A stretch of 63,231 nt of DNA, counting the filler, from Licmophora abbreviata (taxonomy: Eukaryota), in the NCBI GenBank assembly GCA_900291995.1. It is 13 parts of 13 records of this genome, joined end to end, with 100 filler letters (N's around TTAATTAATTAA, not from the genome) between each part and the next. Parts side by side here need not be neighbours in the genome. Positions count along the whole stretch, not along the records: positions 40,713 to 45,611 come from OLMU01005527.1; positions 45,712 to 52,596 come from OLMU01005528.1; positions 52,697 to 59,953 come from OLMU01005529.1; positions 60,054 to 61,350 come from OLMU01005532.1; 9 more parts are not named here. One strand, 5' to 3'. Shown one piece after another: positions 44,935-60,420 of this stretch (positions within the stretch are counted from its first letter, which is position 1; every line of letters begins with the position of its first letter). Below the pieces are notes generated by a model. That model did not search any database and was not told the origin of the DNA. It saw nothing but the letters and a program-made list of their open reading frames with translations. Made by a program: the position numbers and the translations under genes.

Positions 44935-47900
44935 ATGAAACAATATATGAATTATATTACCGCTCTTCCTGATTTTATAGCAATGCAAAGGATAAGCTTT
45001 TGTTGGTTTATTACTCAAGGTCTTAATGAAGAATTAAGTCTCTTTTCAAGAATTCATGACTTTAGTCAAAATACTGAATATGTTTTGTTTGGGGAAGAGT
45101 ATAGTTTAATAAAACCTCCTTGTAGTTTGGTCGTTGCAAGAAAATATAGTGGTAATTACAGAGCACAGTTAGTTATTCCTATAGAAGTTAGAAACAAAAA
45201 AATAAATAGCGTTCGATATCATAATCAATTTCCAATTATTACATTACCTTTAATGACGACCGCAGCTACCTTTATTATTAATGGATGCGAACGTGTTATT
45301 GTTAGTCAAATTATTCGAAGTCCTGGTGTATATTTTGAGAGGAATCGAAACCAAAAAAAACGAAACCAATTTAGACGTAAATTATCAACAGATATAAATA
45401 AGTTACGCTCATTTTTACCATCTGGAGAAGCTTTTATTTCTGAACATAATCTTTTTTTCCCTACACCAGTAACAACAATTGACCACCGAACAAATAAAAA
45501 AAAAGTGGTTCCCCATTGGAAAAAAACGTCAATTTTCTCTTATTCCATTAATTTCTTAAAACAAAAAGAGAAAACTTCGACTTTTTATTTTTTACAGTGT
45601 TTTAAACTATANNNNNNNNNNNNNNNNNNNNNNNNNNNNNNNNNNNNNNNNNNNNTTAATTAATTAANNNNNNNNNNNNNNNNNNNNNNNNNNNNNNNNN
45701 NNNNNNNNNNNACTTATTAACATATTTCAATTTACTAATTAAATTATTAAGTAAATATCAGGTTTTTCAAAAGAATTATTTATTAAATACTTTTGATAAT
45801 CAAAATGAATTATCGGTTATTAAAACTTTAAAACTGTTAAATGTTTATGATCAAACAATAATAAATTCACAAAAATTAGCACATATACAATTAAATCGCA
45901 GGTTGATTCTGATTACAAAGAATTCAACTGATTGGTTAAATGAAATGCGGAATTTTTACTTTTTAAAACTTGTTTTAAAACAAACAGTTGAAATAGTAAA
46001 TACTACTCATCAAATAATTCAGTTTCAAGAATTACGACCAACAATCTATTTTTCAGTGAGTCTAAAAGAACAATTAAAATATATTTTTGGAAAGAATAAA
46101 TTACTCCATAAACCTGACCGTCATAAATATCTTAAAACAAAGACTCAATTACTCCTATATAATGAAGATCATGAAATTAAAACAAATTATCATAAAAAAT
46201 ATGATGAAAAAGATCTTTATACTGCCATTTTAATTCCAGAATATGGGTCATGGATTCGTTTCGGATTTCAAAAAAATACAAGAATAAATCCTTATAAGTA
46301 TCCTTTAAAGAATCAAGAAGACGAAATAACTATTCAACTTGATAAAGTAAATCAGAAACCTGTTCTTTATTTATTGAAAGAAATGGGATTAACTGATTTA
46401 GAAATTTATAAAAATTTAGAACATTCTGATTTCTTTTATTTTAATCAGCCGCTATTAATTGATTCCTTTCGTTTTAATCAACCGTTACTTCGATTTGAGT
46501 TAAATTCAAATTATTTTGAGAATATTTCAGAATTCTCAAGAATTTTTGATCCGACCTATTATCGATTAGGTACGGTAGGACGTTTAAAAATTAATAATCG
46601 ACTTAATCTAAAATTAAGTTCTAGATTACAAACAATTACTTATGAGGATATTTTTGCGATCACTGATAAATTACTAACATTAACACTTTCTAAAACTGTT
46701 CCTGATGATATTGATCACTTAAAAAATAGACGTGTCAGATCAGTAGGCGAACTGTTGCAAAACTTATTTCGAATAGGGTTCCAACGGTTAGTACGAAAAC
46801 TACGAAATCAAACTAATAAGATAGATTCTGGTCATCTTTTAAGTTTTAATGTTGTTAATGCTACAGTGCGTGAATTTTTTGGTTCAAGTCAACTTTCACA
46901 ATATTTAGATCAAACTAATCCATTGTCATCTTTAACACATCGACGTCGAATAAGTGGTTTAGGACCTGGTGGATTTGATAGAGATCGAATTAGTTTTGCT
47001 GTTCGTGATATTCATCCAAGTCATTATGGACGAATTTGTCCTATTGAAACACCGGAAGGACAAAATGTTGGATTGATAGCTTCATTAACAACATGTGCAC
47101 GTGTAAATAAATCAGGATTTTTAGAAACACCTTTTTGGCGAGTAATAAACGGGAAAGTTATTAAAACTGGAAATCCTATTTATTTAACTGCTGATATTGA
47201 AGATTTATATAAGATAGCCCCAGCAGACATTGCTACTAATAATGAAAATTACTTGGCAAAAAATGTAATACCAGTTCGGTATAAACAAGACTTTGTAACA
47301 GTTACACCTTCGGAGGTTGATTTTATAGCTATTTCTCCAATTCAAGTGGTTTCTGTTGCTGCTTCATTAATTCCATTTTTTGAGCATGATGATGCGAATC
47401 GAGCATTAATGGGTTCAAATATGCAGCGTCAATCGGTACCACTAATCTTGCCACAAAAACCAATTGTGGGAACTGGATTAGAAAATCAAATTGCAATTGA
47501 TTCAGGAATGACCTTAAACGCTCAAGTTTCTGGCATCGTTAATTCCGTAACTGCCAATAAAATTGTTGTAAAAGATAAAAAAGGCAAAAAACAAACATAT
47601 CATTTACAAAAATATTTAAGGTCTAATCAACAAACTTGTATCAATCATCGACCAGTTGTTTGGAAAGGAGAAAAAGTTAAATCCGGACAAATTTTAACCG
47701 ATGGTCCTGCTATAACTAGTAGTGAATTAGCCTTAGGACAAAATGTTTTGGTTGGATATATGCCATGGCAAGGTTATAACTTCGAAGATGCAATTTTGAT
47801 AAGCGAACGATTAGTTTATGATGATATTTTTACCTCTATTCATATTGAACGCTATAAAATTGAAATTGATAGAAATTCGGAATTATCCGAGCAGACAACA

Positions 47901-49061
47901 AAAAATATTCCCAATTTAAGTCCTTCTGAAATTCAGCAATTAAATGACGATGGTATCATAACTGTAGGTACATTTGTAAAACCTGGAGATATTTTAGTTG
48001 GAAAAGTTATTTCTAATGATACAACTGAACAATTACCAGAATCGAAATTATTACGTGCTATCTTTGGTGCAAAAGCCAAAGGAGTGAAAGATAGCTCTTA
48101 TCGAATGCCTGATGGTGAATATGGTCGTGTTATAGAAACAGTTACTTTTAATCGTAGAACTAAATTAACGTACAAATTTGAAAAAATTTACGTGTTTATT
48201 GCTCAAATTCGTAAAATTCAAGTAGGTGATAAAATAGCAGGTCGTCATGGTAATAAAGGAATTATTTCAAGAATTTTACCACGACATGATATGCCTTTTT
48301 TACCAGATGGAACTCCTATCGATATCATCTTAAATCCATTAGGTGTACCATCACGAATGAATGTCGGTCAATTATATGAATGTCTTCTAGGATTAGCAGG
48401 TGATAAATTAAATTGTCGATTTAAGATTCTACCATTTGATGAAATGTATGGGTTAGAAATGTCACGAATTCTTATCAATAAAAAATTACGACACGCATCT
48501 ATTGTTAATGATGAAAGTTGGTTATTTAATCCTTATGCGCCAGGAAAAATGGTTCTTATTGATGGTCGTACTGGAAAAGAGTTTGAAAATCCAATTACTG
48601 TAGGTAATGCTTATATGTTAAAACTTATTCATCTAGTAGATGATAAAATGCATGCGCGTGCTACTGGACCATATTCTTTAATTACTCAACAACCATTACG
48701 TGGTAAAGCACAACATGGTGGACAAAGATTCGGAGAAATGGAAGTTTGGGCATTAGAAGGTTTTGGTGCAGCATTTACATTAAAAGAGTTATTAACAATT
48801 AAATCAGATGATATGCAAGGTCGAAATGAAACATTGAATGCAATTGTTAAAGGCCAACAAATTCCAAAATTTGGAATTCCTGAATCATTTAAAGTTTTAC
48901 TACAAGAATTACGCTCGATTGGATTAGATATGAGTACATATAAAATTGAAAAATTTAGTTCACATAAAAGATACGAAGTTGAAGTTAATCTAATTGAAAA
49001 GTATAACGCTTTATCAAAAACTTTTTCTCCAACTTCAAATATAAATGATATCTCATTCTAA
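44935..49061 (+). CDS. rpoB: RNA polymerase beta subunit, interrupted by the assembly gap at 45612-45711
   Basis: [57 protein letters not shown]. Frame is open from 45714. Confidence 0.98.
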
Positions 49062-49069
49062 AGATAAAA

Positions 49070-51160
49070 ATGGTACAATTTGCAAAAGAATTTGATTATA
49101 TAAAAATTAAACTAGCTTCTCCATTTCGAATATTACAATGGGCAAACCGAAAGTTACCAAATGGACAATTTGTTGGTGAAGTTCAAAAATCAGAAACTAT
49201 AAATTATAGAACGTTTAAACCAGAAATGGATGGTTTATTTTGTGAACGAATTTTTGGCCCTAGTAAAAGTTTAGAATGTGCCTGCGGGAAATATAAACGT
49301 GTTCGCTATGAAGGATTAATATGTGAAAGGTGCGGTGTAGAATTAACTGAGTCACGTGTGAGACGTCATAGAATGGGTTATATAAATTTAATTTATCCCG
49401 TTACCCATGTTTGGTATATTAATAGTCGACCTAACTTTATGGCCTTATTGCTTGAAGTTGAAGAATGTGAAAAGCAATTGGATACAACATACACGCCTCA
49501 TTCTGAGGAATGTAAAAAATGTGACGGTTTAAAATTAACGACTTCAACAATTGTTGATCTATGGGATGAAAGAATCAAACGCATTAAATTAGCATCTTTA
49601 GCATATTTTATTGCAGAAGATGAAATATCATTTTATGGGTTACACTGGGATCTTCAACAATATCGACGAAGTCGTGAATTAGGTTATAGTGGATACCCAT
49701 TGAAGCCTTATCCGAAACCACAAAATCGACGCTACAATACTCCTAAATATTTATTAAGAGCAACTCCTAATTTTCTAATTGGTGCGCCTTTGATTAAACG
49801 TGAATTGGAAAAATTAAATTTAAAATCAGAAATTTTTCGAACTCGTTGTTTTATTTTAGTTTGTACGAAAGTTTTAAATAAAGAAAGTCCTTTATATGAT
49901 GAATCAAAATGGTTTAGAAAATGGGAACAACAACGAATTTATAAAATTCGTGAACAGGCTATTAAACGAATTCGAATTTTAGAGAATTTAGTCGGAACAG
50001 GATCAAATCCCGCTTGGATGATTTTAACTATATTACCTGTGATTCCACCTGCATTAAGACCAATGATTCAACTTGAAGGAGGTCGATTTGCGACTTCTGA
50101 TTTAAATGAATTATATCGACGAATTATTACTAGAAATAATCGACTTCTTCGATTATTAGAGATTGATGCACCGCAATTAATAATTCGCAACGAAAAACGA
50201 ATGTTACAGGAAGCCGTTGATACGTTAATTGATAATGGAAAACGAGGGAAAATTGCCTTAAGTGCAAATAATCGACCTTTAAAATCATTATCAGATATTA
50301 TTAAAGGTAAACATGGTCGCTTTAGACAAAATTTATTAGGAAAGCGTGTAGATTATTCAGGTCGTTCGGTTATTGTTGTCGGTCCAAGCTTAAAATTAAA
50401 TCAATGTGGTTTACCTTATGAAATGGCTATTGAATTATTTCAGCCTTTCATAATACGCGAGTTAATTAATCAAGGTTTAGCAAGTAATATGAAAATTGCT
50501 AAAAATTTAATACAGCAAAATGAGCCGATTATTGACCCAGTTTTGGAAAAAGTTTTAGCAAATCATCCAATTTTTTTAAATCGAGCACCAACATTACACC
50601 GCTTAGGTATTCAAGCATTTGAACCAATTTTAGTTCAAGGTCGTGCTATAAAACTACATCCATTAGTTTGTTCTGCTTTTAATGCTGATTTTGATGGTGA
50701 TCAAATGGCTGTTCATGTCCCATTATCTTTGGAAGCTCAGGCTGAATGTTATATGTTAATGCTTGCACCGTATAATTTTTTATCACCATCAAATGGTGAT
50801 CCAATTATTATGCCGAGTCAAGATATGGTATTAGGTTGTTATTATTTAACAGTTAATAATATTCCAAATTTATTGGGTTCAAATCACTATTTCCAAAATT
50901 TAGAAGATGTGATCTTAGCGTATAATCAAGATCAAATTGAGATTCATAGTTCCATTTGGGTTCGCTATTCAAATCAAGTAGACCAATCTTCAAGTCTGAT
51001 AAAAAAGGTAAATTTAAAAGACGAAAGTTTTATTGAATATTATAAAAATATCCAAGTTCGAAAGAGTAAAGATGGCACCACAATCGTTCAATACGTACAG
51101 ACTACAACCGGTCGTGTAATTTTAAATTATACCATTCAAAAAACTTTAAATTTTTTATAA
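49070..51160 (+). CDS. rpoC1: RNA polymerase beta' subunit
   Basis: Zinc finger CACG..CERC, catalytic NADFDGDQM. Confidence 0.99.
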   Translation: MVQFAKEFDYIKIKLASPFRILQWANRKLPNGQFVGEVQKSETINYRTFKPEMDGLFCERIFGPSKSLECACGKYKRVRYEGLICERCGVELTESRVRRHRMGYINLIYPVTHVWYINSRPNFMALLLEVEECEKQLDTTYTPHSEECKKCDGLKLTTSTIVDLWDERIKRIKLASLAYFIAEDEISFYGLHWDLQQYRRSRELGYSGYPLKPYPKPQNRRYNTPKYLLRATPNFLIGAPLIKRELEKLNLKSEIFRTRCFILVCTKVLNKESPLYDESKWFRKWEQQRIYKIREQAIKRIRILENLVGTGSNPAWMILTILPVIPPALRPMIQLEGGRFATSDLNELYRRIITRNNRLLRLLEIDAPQLIIRNEKRMLQEAVDTLIDNGKRGKIALSANNRPLKSLSDIIKGKHGRFRQNLLGKRVDYSGRSVIVVGPSLKLNQCGLPYEMAIELFQPFIIRELINQGLASNMKIAKNLIQQNEPIIDPVLEKVLANHPIFLNRAPTLHRLGIQAFEPILVQGRAIKLHPLVCSAFNADFDGDQMAVHVPLSLEAQAECYMLMLAPYNFLSPSNGDPIIMPSQDMVLGCYYLTVNNIPNLLGSNHYFQNLEDVILAYNQDQIEIHSSIWVRYSNQVDQSSSLIKKVNLKDESFIEYYKNIQVRKSKDGTTIVQYVQTTTGRVILNYTIQKTLNFL

Positions 51161-51173
51161 ATTAATAAATAGT

Positions 51174-54100
51174 ATGAAAGATTATACGTATCAAAATAAT
51201 TTAATAGGTAAAAAACAATTACGCCAATTATTATCTTGGAGTTTTACAAATTATGATTCTATGCAAGCTTGCTCTTTAGCTGATGAACTAAAGTATATTG
51301 GTTTCAAATATGCAAGCCAGGCAGGAATTTCTATTAGTATTGAGGATTTAAAAGTCCCTTTTATTAAAAATGTTATGCTTAAAAAAGCAAACCAAGAAAT
51401 TATTAATGCCGAAAAAATCTATTTAAAGGGTAAGATTACCGATGTTGAAAGATTTCAAAAAATTATAGATACATGGAGTTTAACAAGTGAATCATTAAAA
51501 GACCAAGTTATTCAATATTTTAAAAATTATGATCCACTTAATTCTGTTTATATAATGGCTTTTTCAGGAGCACGTGGTAATCTTTCACAAGTTCGTCAGC
51601 TTGTAGGTATGCGAGGACTTATGTCAGATCCTAACGGCGAAATTATGAATTTACCGATTAAAAAAACTTTCGGGAAGGGTTAACGATAACAGATTATTTA
51701 ATGTCAGGATATGGAGCACGTAAAGGAATCGTTGATACAGCTTTAAAAACTGCAAACTCTGGTTATTTAACTCGTCGATTAATTGATGTTGCGCAAGATA
51801 TTTTGATTCGCGAAAAGGATTGTTTATCTATACATTCTTTCTTATTTGCTTTAACAACTGATGAAAAGACTAATAAGATTATATATGAGAAAATTTTAGG
51901 GCGTGTTCTTAATAAAGCCATTATTGATCCTGAAACCCAAAATTTAATTGCGAAAATAAATACCCAAATAACTCCCACATTAATAAAAACTTTTAAACAA
52001 AAAAAAATCACACAGTTCTATATACGATCACCATTAACTTGTAATTTATATAGAGCCATTTGCCAGAAATGCTATGGTTGGGACTTAGCTAATGAAAATT
52101 TGGTCGATATTGGAGAAGCGATCGGGATTTTGGCAGGGCAATCTATTGGAGAACCTGGAACACAATTAACAATGCGAACTTTCCATACCGGTGGAATTTT
52201 CACTTCAGAAGCACGACAACAAATAATCAGCCCTGTAAATGGTATTATTCGATTATCTAAATCTTTAAAAACAATCGTATTACGAACGAATCGTGGTGAA
52301 GATGTATTGGTTACAAAGAATGCCGGATCTTTAATAATAATTCCTGATGATAGAAGTAAAAATTTAATTCAAATCGAAGTTTTACGAAACACAATTTTAT
52401 TTCCAAAAAATAATCAATATATTCAAAAAGAAACAGTTATTGGTGAATTAATTAATACTAATAAACAAATCAAAACAGAGATAAAAGCGATTGTTAGTAA
52501 TAATTCAGGAGAAGTTTTTGTACCCAAATTAAAAAATAAAATTAATTTGTTAAATAATAATAAATTAATTTGGATTTTATATGGTCAACTTTATAANNNN
52601 NNNNNNNNNNNNNNNNNNNNNNNNNNNNNNNNNNNNNNNNTTAATTAATTAANNNNNNNNNNNNNNNNNNNNNNNNNNNNNNNNNNNNNNNNNNNNTACA
52701 TAAAGTAAATTGTGAACAAAATATATTATTAGTAAACCATGGTGATTTCATATCAGAAAATTTTGAAATCATCCCCGGTCTTTTTTCAAAAACTTCTGGA
52801 ATTGTTAATATTAGCCAAAAAAGTAATATTGTTCAAACAATTTCGATAAAATCTGGGTTAGTATACGAAGGTAAAAAACTTAAATATAAAGCTAAGAAAG
52901 TTTATTTTCCAGGTGAAACGATCTTAGGAAATATTGTTATTACTCAACCATCTTATTGTGAACATATTATTGGTAAAACGACTGATCGATTATTAATTCG
53001 ACCAATCGAAATATACGAATTTGCTTATCCTAAACCTATTTCAACAATTTTTGGCAAAAATAATGACTTAAAATCTATTTTTAAACTACAAAATAAATCA
53101 TTTTATTTGTATAAATCAAATCAAACTATTAAAACTACAAAAAATTTAAATTTAGTTACAAATATTTTAACCGTAAAAACTAATAGATCATTTAATAATC
53201 ATGTAAAGATGCAATTATTAAATGATAAAAAGTATAATTCGGTTAATTTCAGAATAGTTGAAAAAATTTATTTAAATAATTATATTCCACCGAATTTAAG
53301 ATATAAAAATATCGATTCTTGTTTTCTCGTGCAAAAAAATCAATTTATTGATCGATATACAACTTTAGGATATTTGGAATCTATAACTTCTAATTCGTTA
53401 GAAATTGTTAAACTCAAAGTTAAAGAACAAGAAAGTAAACAAATTCTCTTAATTTCAAATAATGATTGTGTAACGATTAAAAAAGATTCAAAATCTGATA
53501 AAACAATCAATGATTTTATTATTAACAGTCAAAATGTTAATGAAACGGGGAAAATCATTATTGAAAATAATGAATATATTACAATACAAAAAGGACGTCC
53601 ATATTTTTTCCCAAATTGTAAAAATGAAGATTTAGTTAATAAAACTAATTTACAGTATAAGATACTTTCTCCTAATCGTATTCAGTATCAATCTAAAATA
53701 AGAAGATCAATCTCCTTAAATTACTATGATATGATCAAACTTATTGTTAAAGGTGACCCTCATGTTGGTTTAACACTGAATTCTAAGATTAGTACTAAAT
53801 CAGAATTTTCAAAACTTTTCTTAAAAAAGAATGGTAAATTATATAGTTCATTAATTCCACGATTTTTGAAAAAGTTTGCCGTAAATAACCATAACTTAAA
53901 TGAAAACTTTAATAAATTGTTAAGGTTTAACGAAACTAAAAAACCGACCACCCATAAAATGGATAGAACTTTACTTATACAAAGTTCTGATTTAGTTAAG
54001 AATAAATATAAAGAATCGACCTCAACTAATTATCAGTTGACTTTAGTAAAATTCCTAGAATATCCTTTTAAGCGATCAACCAAATCTATAGGTTTATATT

Positions 54101-55020
54101 CAATCACAGAAGATTACTTTGAACAAGATGTAAATAGTGTTTTTTACAAAGATAGCCAATTTATTGGAGATGGAGATACGATCGGATTATTAAATTTAGA
54201 AAAAGAAATTACAGGAGATATTGTTCAAGGTTTGCCACGAATTGAAGAAATTTTAGAAGCACGCAAAAAAAATCTAACGATTAAAAGAATACCTACAAGT
54301 CAGAAAAAAGGATTATTGGTTCAGAAAACCAGTTTAGACTCAAATTTTGAATTTAAAAAACTTGGAACTCCAATTAAAGAAAATGAGAAGATAAATCCCC
54401 ATAAATTATTAAAAGTTTATTTTAATTATTATGGGATAGTAAAAGGGTTTGCATGCGATCAAACACAAACTATAAAATATAACCGTTTGCTTAACAATTA
54501 TGAAGGATGTTATAAAAGTTTTAAGAAAGTTCAATCATTTATATTAAATTCTGTGCAAGCCGTTTACCAGTCTCAAGGTGTTACTATTAATGACAAACAT
54601 TTAGAAGTTATAATTAAACAAATGACAACTAAAGTATTAATAACACATGAGGGTGACTCACCACTATTAAGACGAGAAGTTATTGATTTATATCATATTC
54701 AATATATAAATGAGATTGTTAAAACCCAACAAAAACAACCAGCTTATTATGTTCCCTTATTACTTGGAATTACAAAAGCGGCTCTAAATAATCCAAGTTT
54801 TATTTCGGCCGCTAGTTTCCAAGAAACTACTAGTGTTTTAACCAAAGCTGCAATTGAAGGTCGAATTGACTGGTTAAGAGGTCTAAAAGAAAATATTATT
54901 ATTGGACATCTAATTCCAGCTGGTACAGGATCGCAAAATTACCGGAATAGTTTTAAAAGATATTCTTCTAATCAAAAAACATTAAATTTAATTCCAAAAT
55001 CGATTCAAAATGTTAAGTAG
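51174..55020 (+). CDS. rpoC2: RNA polymerase beta'' subunit; 1-nt frameshift at A7 run 51660-51666 and gap 52597-52696
   Basis: [72 protein letters not shown]. One extra A restores PIKKNFREGL. Confidence 0.95.
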
Positions 55021-55100
55021 AAAACCTGGACAATTTAATGAATTTTTGCTACGATCCCTGCTATAAATAGAAAAAATTATTTAAGTAATTTAAAATTTTT

Positions 55101-55781
55101 ATGTCTGATATAAGTTTATCTCAATTATTAGAAGCTGGTGTTCATTTTGGACATAAAGCATATCGTTGGAATCCAAAAATGTTTCCATACATTTACAGCG
55201 AAGTAAATAATATTCATATTTTAGATTTAGTTCAATCTGCAACATTATTGAAAGAAGCGAATGTATATTTACAATCCTCGGCAAGCCAAGGAAAAACATT
55301 CTTATTTATTGGTACCAAACGTCAAGCTAGTACTTTGATATCTCAGGAAGCAAAACGTTGCGAATCGTATTACGTAAATCATCGTTGGTTAGGCGGAATG
55401 TTAACAAATTGGACAACTCTAAAAGCTCGTATTGAAAGATTAAAAAATCTTGAACAGCAAGAAGCTGATGGTACATTTAATTTATTAACCAAAAAAGAAG
55501 CATCGTTACGTTACAAAGAGTTACAAAAACTACGTAAACATTTAGATGGTATTAAAAATATGGATAAATTACCAGATGTTGCTATCGTTGTTGACCAAAA
55601 ACGAGAAATGACTGCTATTCGTGAGTGTCGAAAATTAGGAATTCCTATTGTTTCAATTTTGGATACTAATTGTGATCCAGATTTAGTTGATATCCCAATT
55701 CCTGGTAATGATGATGCGGTAAGATCAATTAAATTAATTCTAAAATCGTTAACTGACAGCATTATAATAGGTAAATCATAA
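55101..55781 (+). CDS. rps2: Ribosomal protein S2
   Basis: [24 protein letters not shown]. Confidence 0.99.
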   Translation: MSDISLSQLLEAGVHFGHKAYRWNPKMFPYIYSEVNNIHILDLVQSATLLKEANVYLQSSASQGKTFLFIGTKRQASTLISQEAKRCESYYVNHRWLGGMLTNWTTLKARIERLKNLEQQEADGTFNLLTKKEASLRYKELQKLRKHLDGIKNMDKLPDVAIVVDQKREMTAIRECRKLGIPIVSILDTNCDPDLVDIPIPGNDDAVRSIKLILKSLTDSIIIGKS

Positions 55782-55800
55782 CAAAATTAGAAACTAATCG

Positions 55801-55833
55801 ATACCCAATTTTATAAGCTATAAAATTGGGTAT
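55801..55833 (+). terminator. Stem-loop after rps2
   Basis: atacccaattttata / tataaaattgggtat. Confidence 0.75.
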
Positions 55834-56117
55834 TAAAATTAGAAATATCATTTTTTTATAGTTTTCTTGAATTTTGAAAAATATTAAAGAGTCTTTAATC
55901 TGATAAAATAATTTATAATTACCAAACAATGGGATAAACTCAATTGTTAATTATTAAATAAGAAAAAATACCATCAATAAGACATAATCGATGCTTACCA
56001 TCTGGGTAGAGTAATGCTGGTTATTTATTGTCCAAAGTAAAAAGATGAAATGTTTTTGTTTTATAATCTAAACTTAAATTTTAAGCTTAGATTATAAAAT
56101 GTTAATAATTGTATTAA

Positions 56118-56537
56118 TTAGTAACGAGCACCTTCTGCATTAGCTTGAACACTATAGCTTTTAAGAGTGTAACGGATGTTACGACCTTCGCATTCAGTAC
56201 GATCTAAGTAGAAACCTGGCTCGCTAGCAGGACGATTTACGATGAAAGACATAACACAACTTTCAGTACCGTAACTAGCATCAAATGCATTGATACGAAT
56301 ATAACCAGCTGCACATGATTTACGAGCTTCGTTTAATTCGAACATTACAGATGCAGGATCTTTAATGTCGAATAATGGTAAACCCCATAATTCCCAGTAG
56401 CTGTTACGTGGATGTGGATCATCTGTCCATTCTACGTTCATTGCCCAGCCTTTGCTAATACAATAAGTAATTTGTTTTTCAATTTGTTGATCAGTTAAAT
56501 CTGGTAAGAACGAGAAACAACCTTGTGTAAGTCTCAC
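56118..56537 (-). CDS. rbcS: Rubisco small subunit (form ID), GTG start
   Basis: RLTQGCFSFLPDL..DDPHPRNSYWELWGLP. GGAG SD upstream of the GTG. Confidence 0.99.
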   Translation of the reverse strand: MRLTQGCFSFLPDLTDQQIEKQITYCISKGWAMNVEWTDDPHPRNSYWELWGLPLFDIKDPASVMFELNEARKSCAAGYIRINAFDASYGTESCVMSFIVNRPASEPGFYLDRTECEGRNIRYTLKSYSVQANAEGARY

Positions 56538-56577
56538 TATTCAAATACTCCTTTAATTTTTTTTAAAAGTAACTTTA

Positions 56578-58160
<1,583 letters not shown>

Positions 58161-58306
58161 TGGTTCTGAGGTATTCCTTAAAGTTATTTTATTTATCAAA
58201 ACAATAACTTTAAGGAATATGTTAATAGAAATACTATATCAGCTTTAATTCAATTTATAATTCCTTTATAATACAAATTAAAATACATTAAGAGTTCAAA
58301 AATTAT

Positions 58307-59767
58307 ATGGTTAATAAATCAAATAAAGTATTGAATACAAATATAACCAAACTGGTAAACAAAGATTATCAATACGGTTTTTCTACAAATATTGAAAAAG
58401 ATATCATTGAAAAAGGTTTAAATCAAAATACAATTAAACTAATATCAAGTAAAAAGAAAGAACCTAATTTTCTTTTAAAATTTCGATTAAAAGCTTATAA
58501 AAAGTGGAAAGAAATGAAAGAACCTGAATGGGCACATTTAAAATTTCCACAAATTAATTACCAGGATATTATCTATTATTCCGCGCCAAAAGAACAAAAA
58601 AAATTAAAAGATATAAACGAGGTAGATCCAGAATTATTAAAGACATTTGAGAAATTAGGAATTTCATTAACAGAACAAAAACGATTAGCAAATGTCGCAG
58701 TTGATGTAGTTTTTGATAGCGTTTCTATTGCAACAACATTTAAAGAAGAACTAAGTGAATATGGTGTTATTTTCTCGTCAATCTCTGAAGCTATTATTGA
58801 TTACAGTGAATTAATAGAAAAATATTTAGGATCCGTTGTTCCAATTGGTGATAATTATTTTGCCGCTTTAAACTCAGCCGTTTTTACTGATGGGTCTTTT
58901 TGTTATATTCCCGAAGATGTAAAATGTCCATTAGATTTATCCACTTATTTTAGAATTAATGATGAACAGTCTGGACAATTTGAACGAACACTAATTATCG
59001 CGGAACCGAATAGCCAAGTGAATTATTTAGAAGGTTGTACTGCTCCTCAATATGATACAAATCAACTTCATGCTGCTATTGTTGAATTAATCGCATTAGA
59101 AAATGCTAATATTAAATATTCAACAGTGCAAAATTGGTATTCTGGGGATGAATATGGAAATGGAGGTATTTACAACTTTGTAACAAAACGTGGTTTATGT
59201 GCTGGTTTAAATTCAAAAATATCTTGGACACAAGTTGAAACAGGTTCATCAATTACTTGGAAATATCCGAGCTGTTTATTAATCGGTGATAATTCACAAG
59301 GTGAATTTTATTCTGTTGCATTAACAAACAATTATCAACAAGCTGATACTGGAACAAAAATGATTCATATTGGTAAAAATACTCGTAGTAGAATTATTTC
59401 AAAAGGTATCTCAGCTGGAAAATCAAAAAATAGTTATCGAGGATTAGTTAATATTAATAATAAAGCCTTAGGTGCTCGTAATTATTCTCAATGTGATTCA
59501 TTATTGATTGGGAATCTCTCTAATGCAAATACTTTTCCTGTTATTTCAGTTCAAAATTCAACTACTAAGATTGAACATGAGGCTTCTACATCAAAAATTG
59601 GTGAAGAACAGATTTTTTATTTTTTACAGAGAGGTATTAGTTTAGAAAAAGCGATTGAATTAATGATTAGTGGATTTTGTCGTGAAGTTTTTACAGAGTT
59701 ACCATTAGAATTTGCTGCTGAGGCAGATAAATTATTAACGTTAAAATTAGAAGGAAGTGTTGGCTAA
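58307..59767 (+). CDS. sufB: Fe-S assembly protein SufB (Ycf24)
   Basis: [30 protein letters not shown]. Confidence 0.98.
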   Translation: MVNKSNKVLNTNITKLVNKDYQYGFSTNIEKDIIEKGLNQNTIKLISSKKKEPNFLLKFRLKAYKKWKEMKEPEWAHLKFPQINYQDIIYYSAPKEQKKLKDINEVDPELLKTFEKLGISLTEQKRLANVAVDVVFDSVSIATTFKEELSEYGVIFSSISEAIIDYSELIEKYLGSVVPIGDNYFAALNSAVFTDGSFCYIPEDVKCPLDLSTYFRINDEQSGQFERTLIIAEPNSQVNYLEGCTAPQYDTNQLHAAIVELIALENANIKYSTVQNWYSGDEYGNGGIYNFVTKRGLCAGLNSKISWTQVETGSSITWKYPSCLLIGDNSQGEFYSVALTNNYQQADTGTKMIHIGKNTRSRIISKGISAGKSKNSYRGLVNINNKALGARNYSQCDSLLIGNLSNANTFPVISVQNSTTKIEHEASTSKIGEEQIFYFLQRGISLEKAIELMISGFCREVFTELPLEFAAEADKLLTLKLEGSVG

Positions 59768-59953
59768 TGAATTTAAATTCTCCTCTTTTAGAAATTAAAA
59801 ATTTACAAGTTTCAATTAATGATAATAAGATTTTAAAAAATCTTAACTTAACAATTAATAAAGGTGAAATTCATGCAATTATGGGTACTAATGGATCAGG
59901 CAAGAGTACTTTTTCAAAAGTTCTTGCAGGTCATCCTGCTTATTCAATCTTAC
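59767..59953 (+). CDS. sufC: SufC ATPase (Ycf16), 5' part; TAATG stop/start overlap with sufB
   Basis: [23 protein letters not shown]. Confidence 0.97.
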
Positions 59954-60091
59954 NNNNNNNNNNNNNNNNNNNNNNNNNNNNNNNNNNNNNNNNNNNNTTA
60001 ATTAATTAANNNNNNNNNNNNNNNNNNNNNNNNNNNNNNNNNNNNNNNNNNNNCAAAAAAATAAGGTATAATTCCAGTTAGTAATTAATAA

Positions 60092-60352
<261 letters not shown>

Positions 60353-60420
60353 CAATTGTAACGTATATACTAATTATTTAATAAAAATAAAGGAATCTAA
60401 ATTTATAAATTCCTTTATTT

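Noticed and set aside
51655..51670. Programmed -1 ribosomal frameshift at A-AAA-AAC in rpoC2
   Set aside because: The heptamer is not in the required phase (zero frame reads AAA AAA ACT); a homopolymer error is simpler.
56535..56537. GTG start of rbcS as unusual
   Set aside because: Common in diatom plastid rbcS and supported by an SD sequence.
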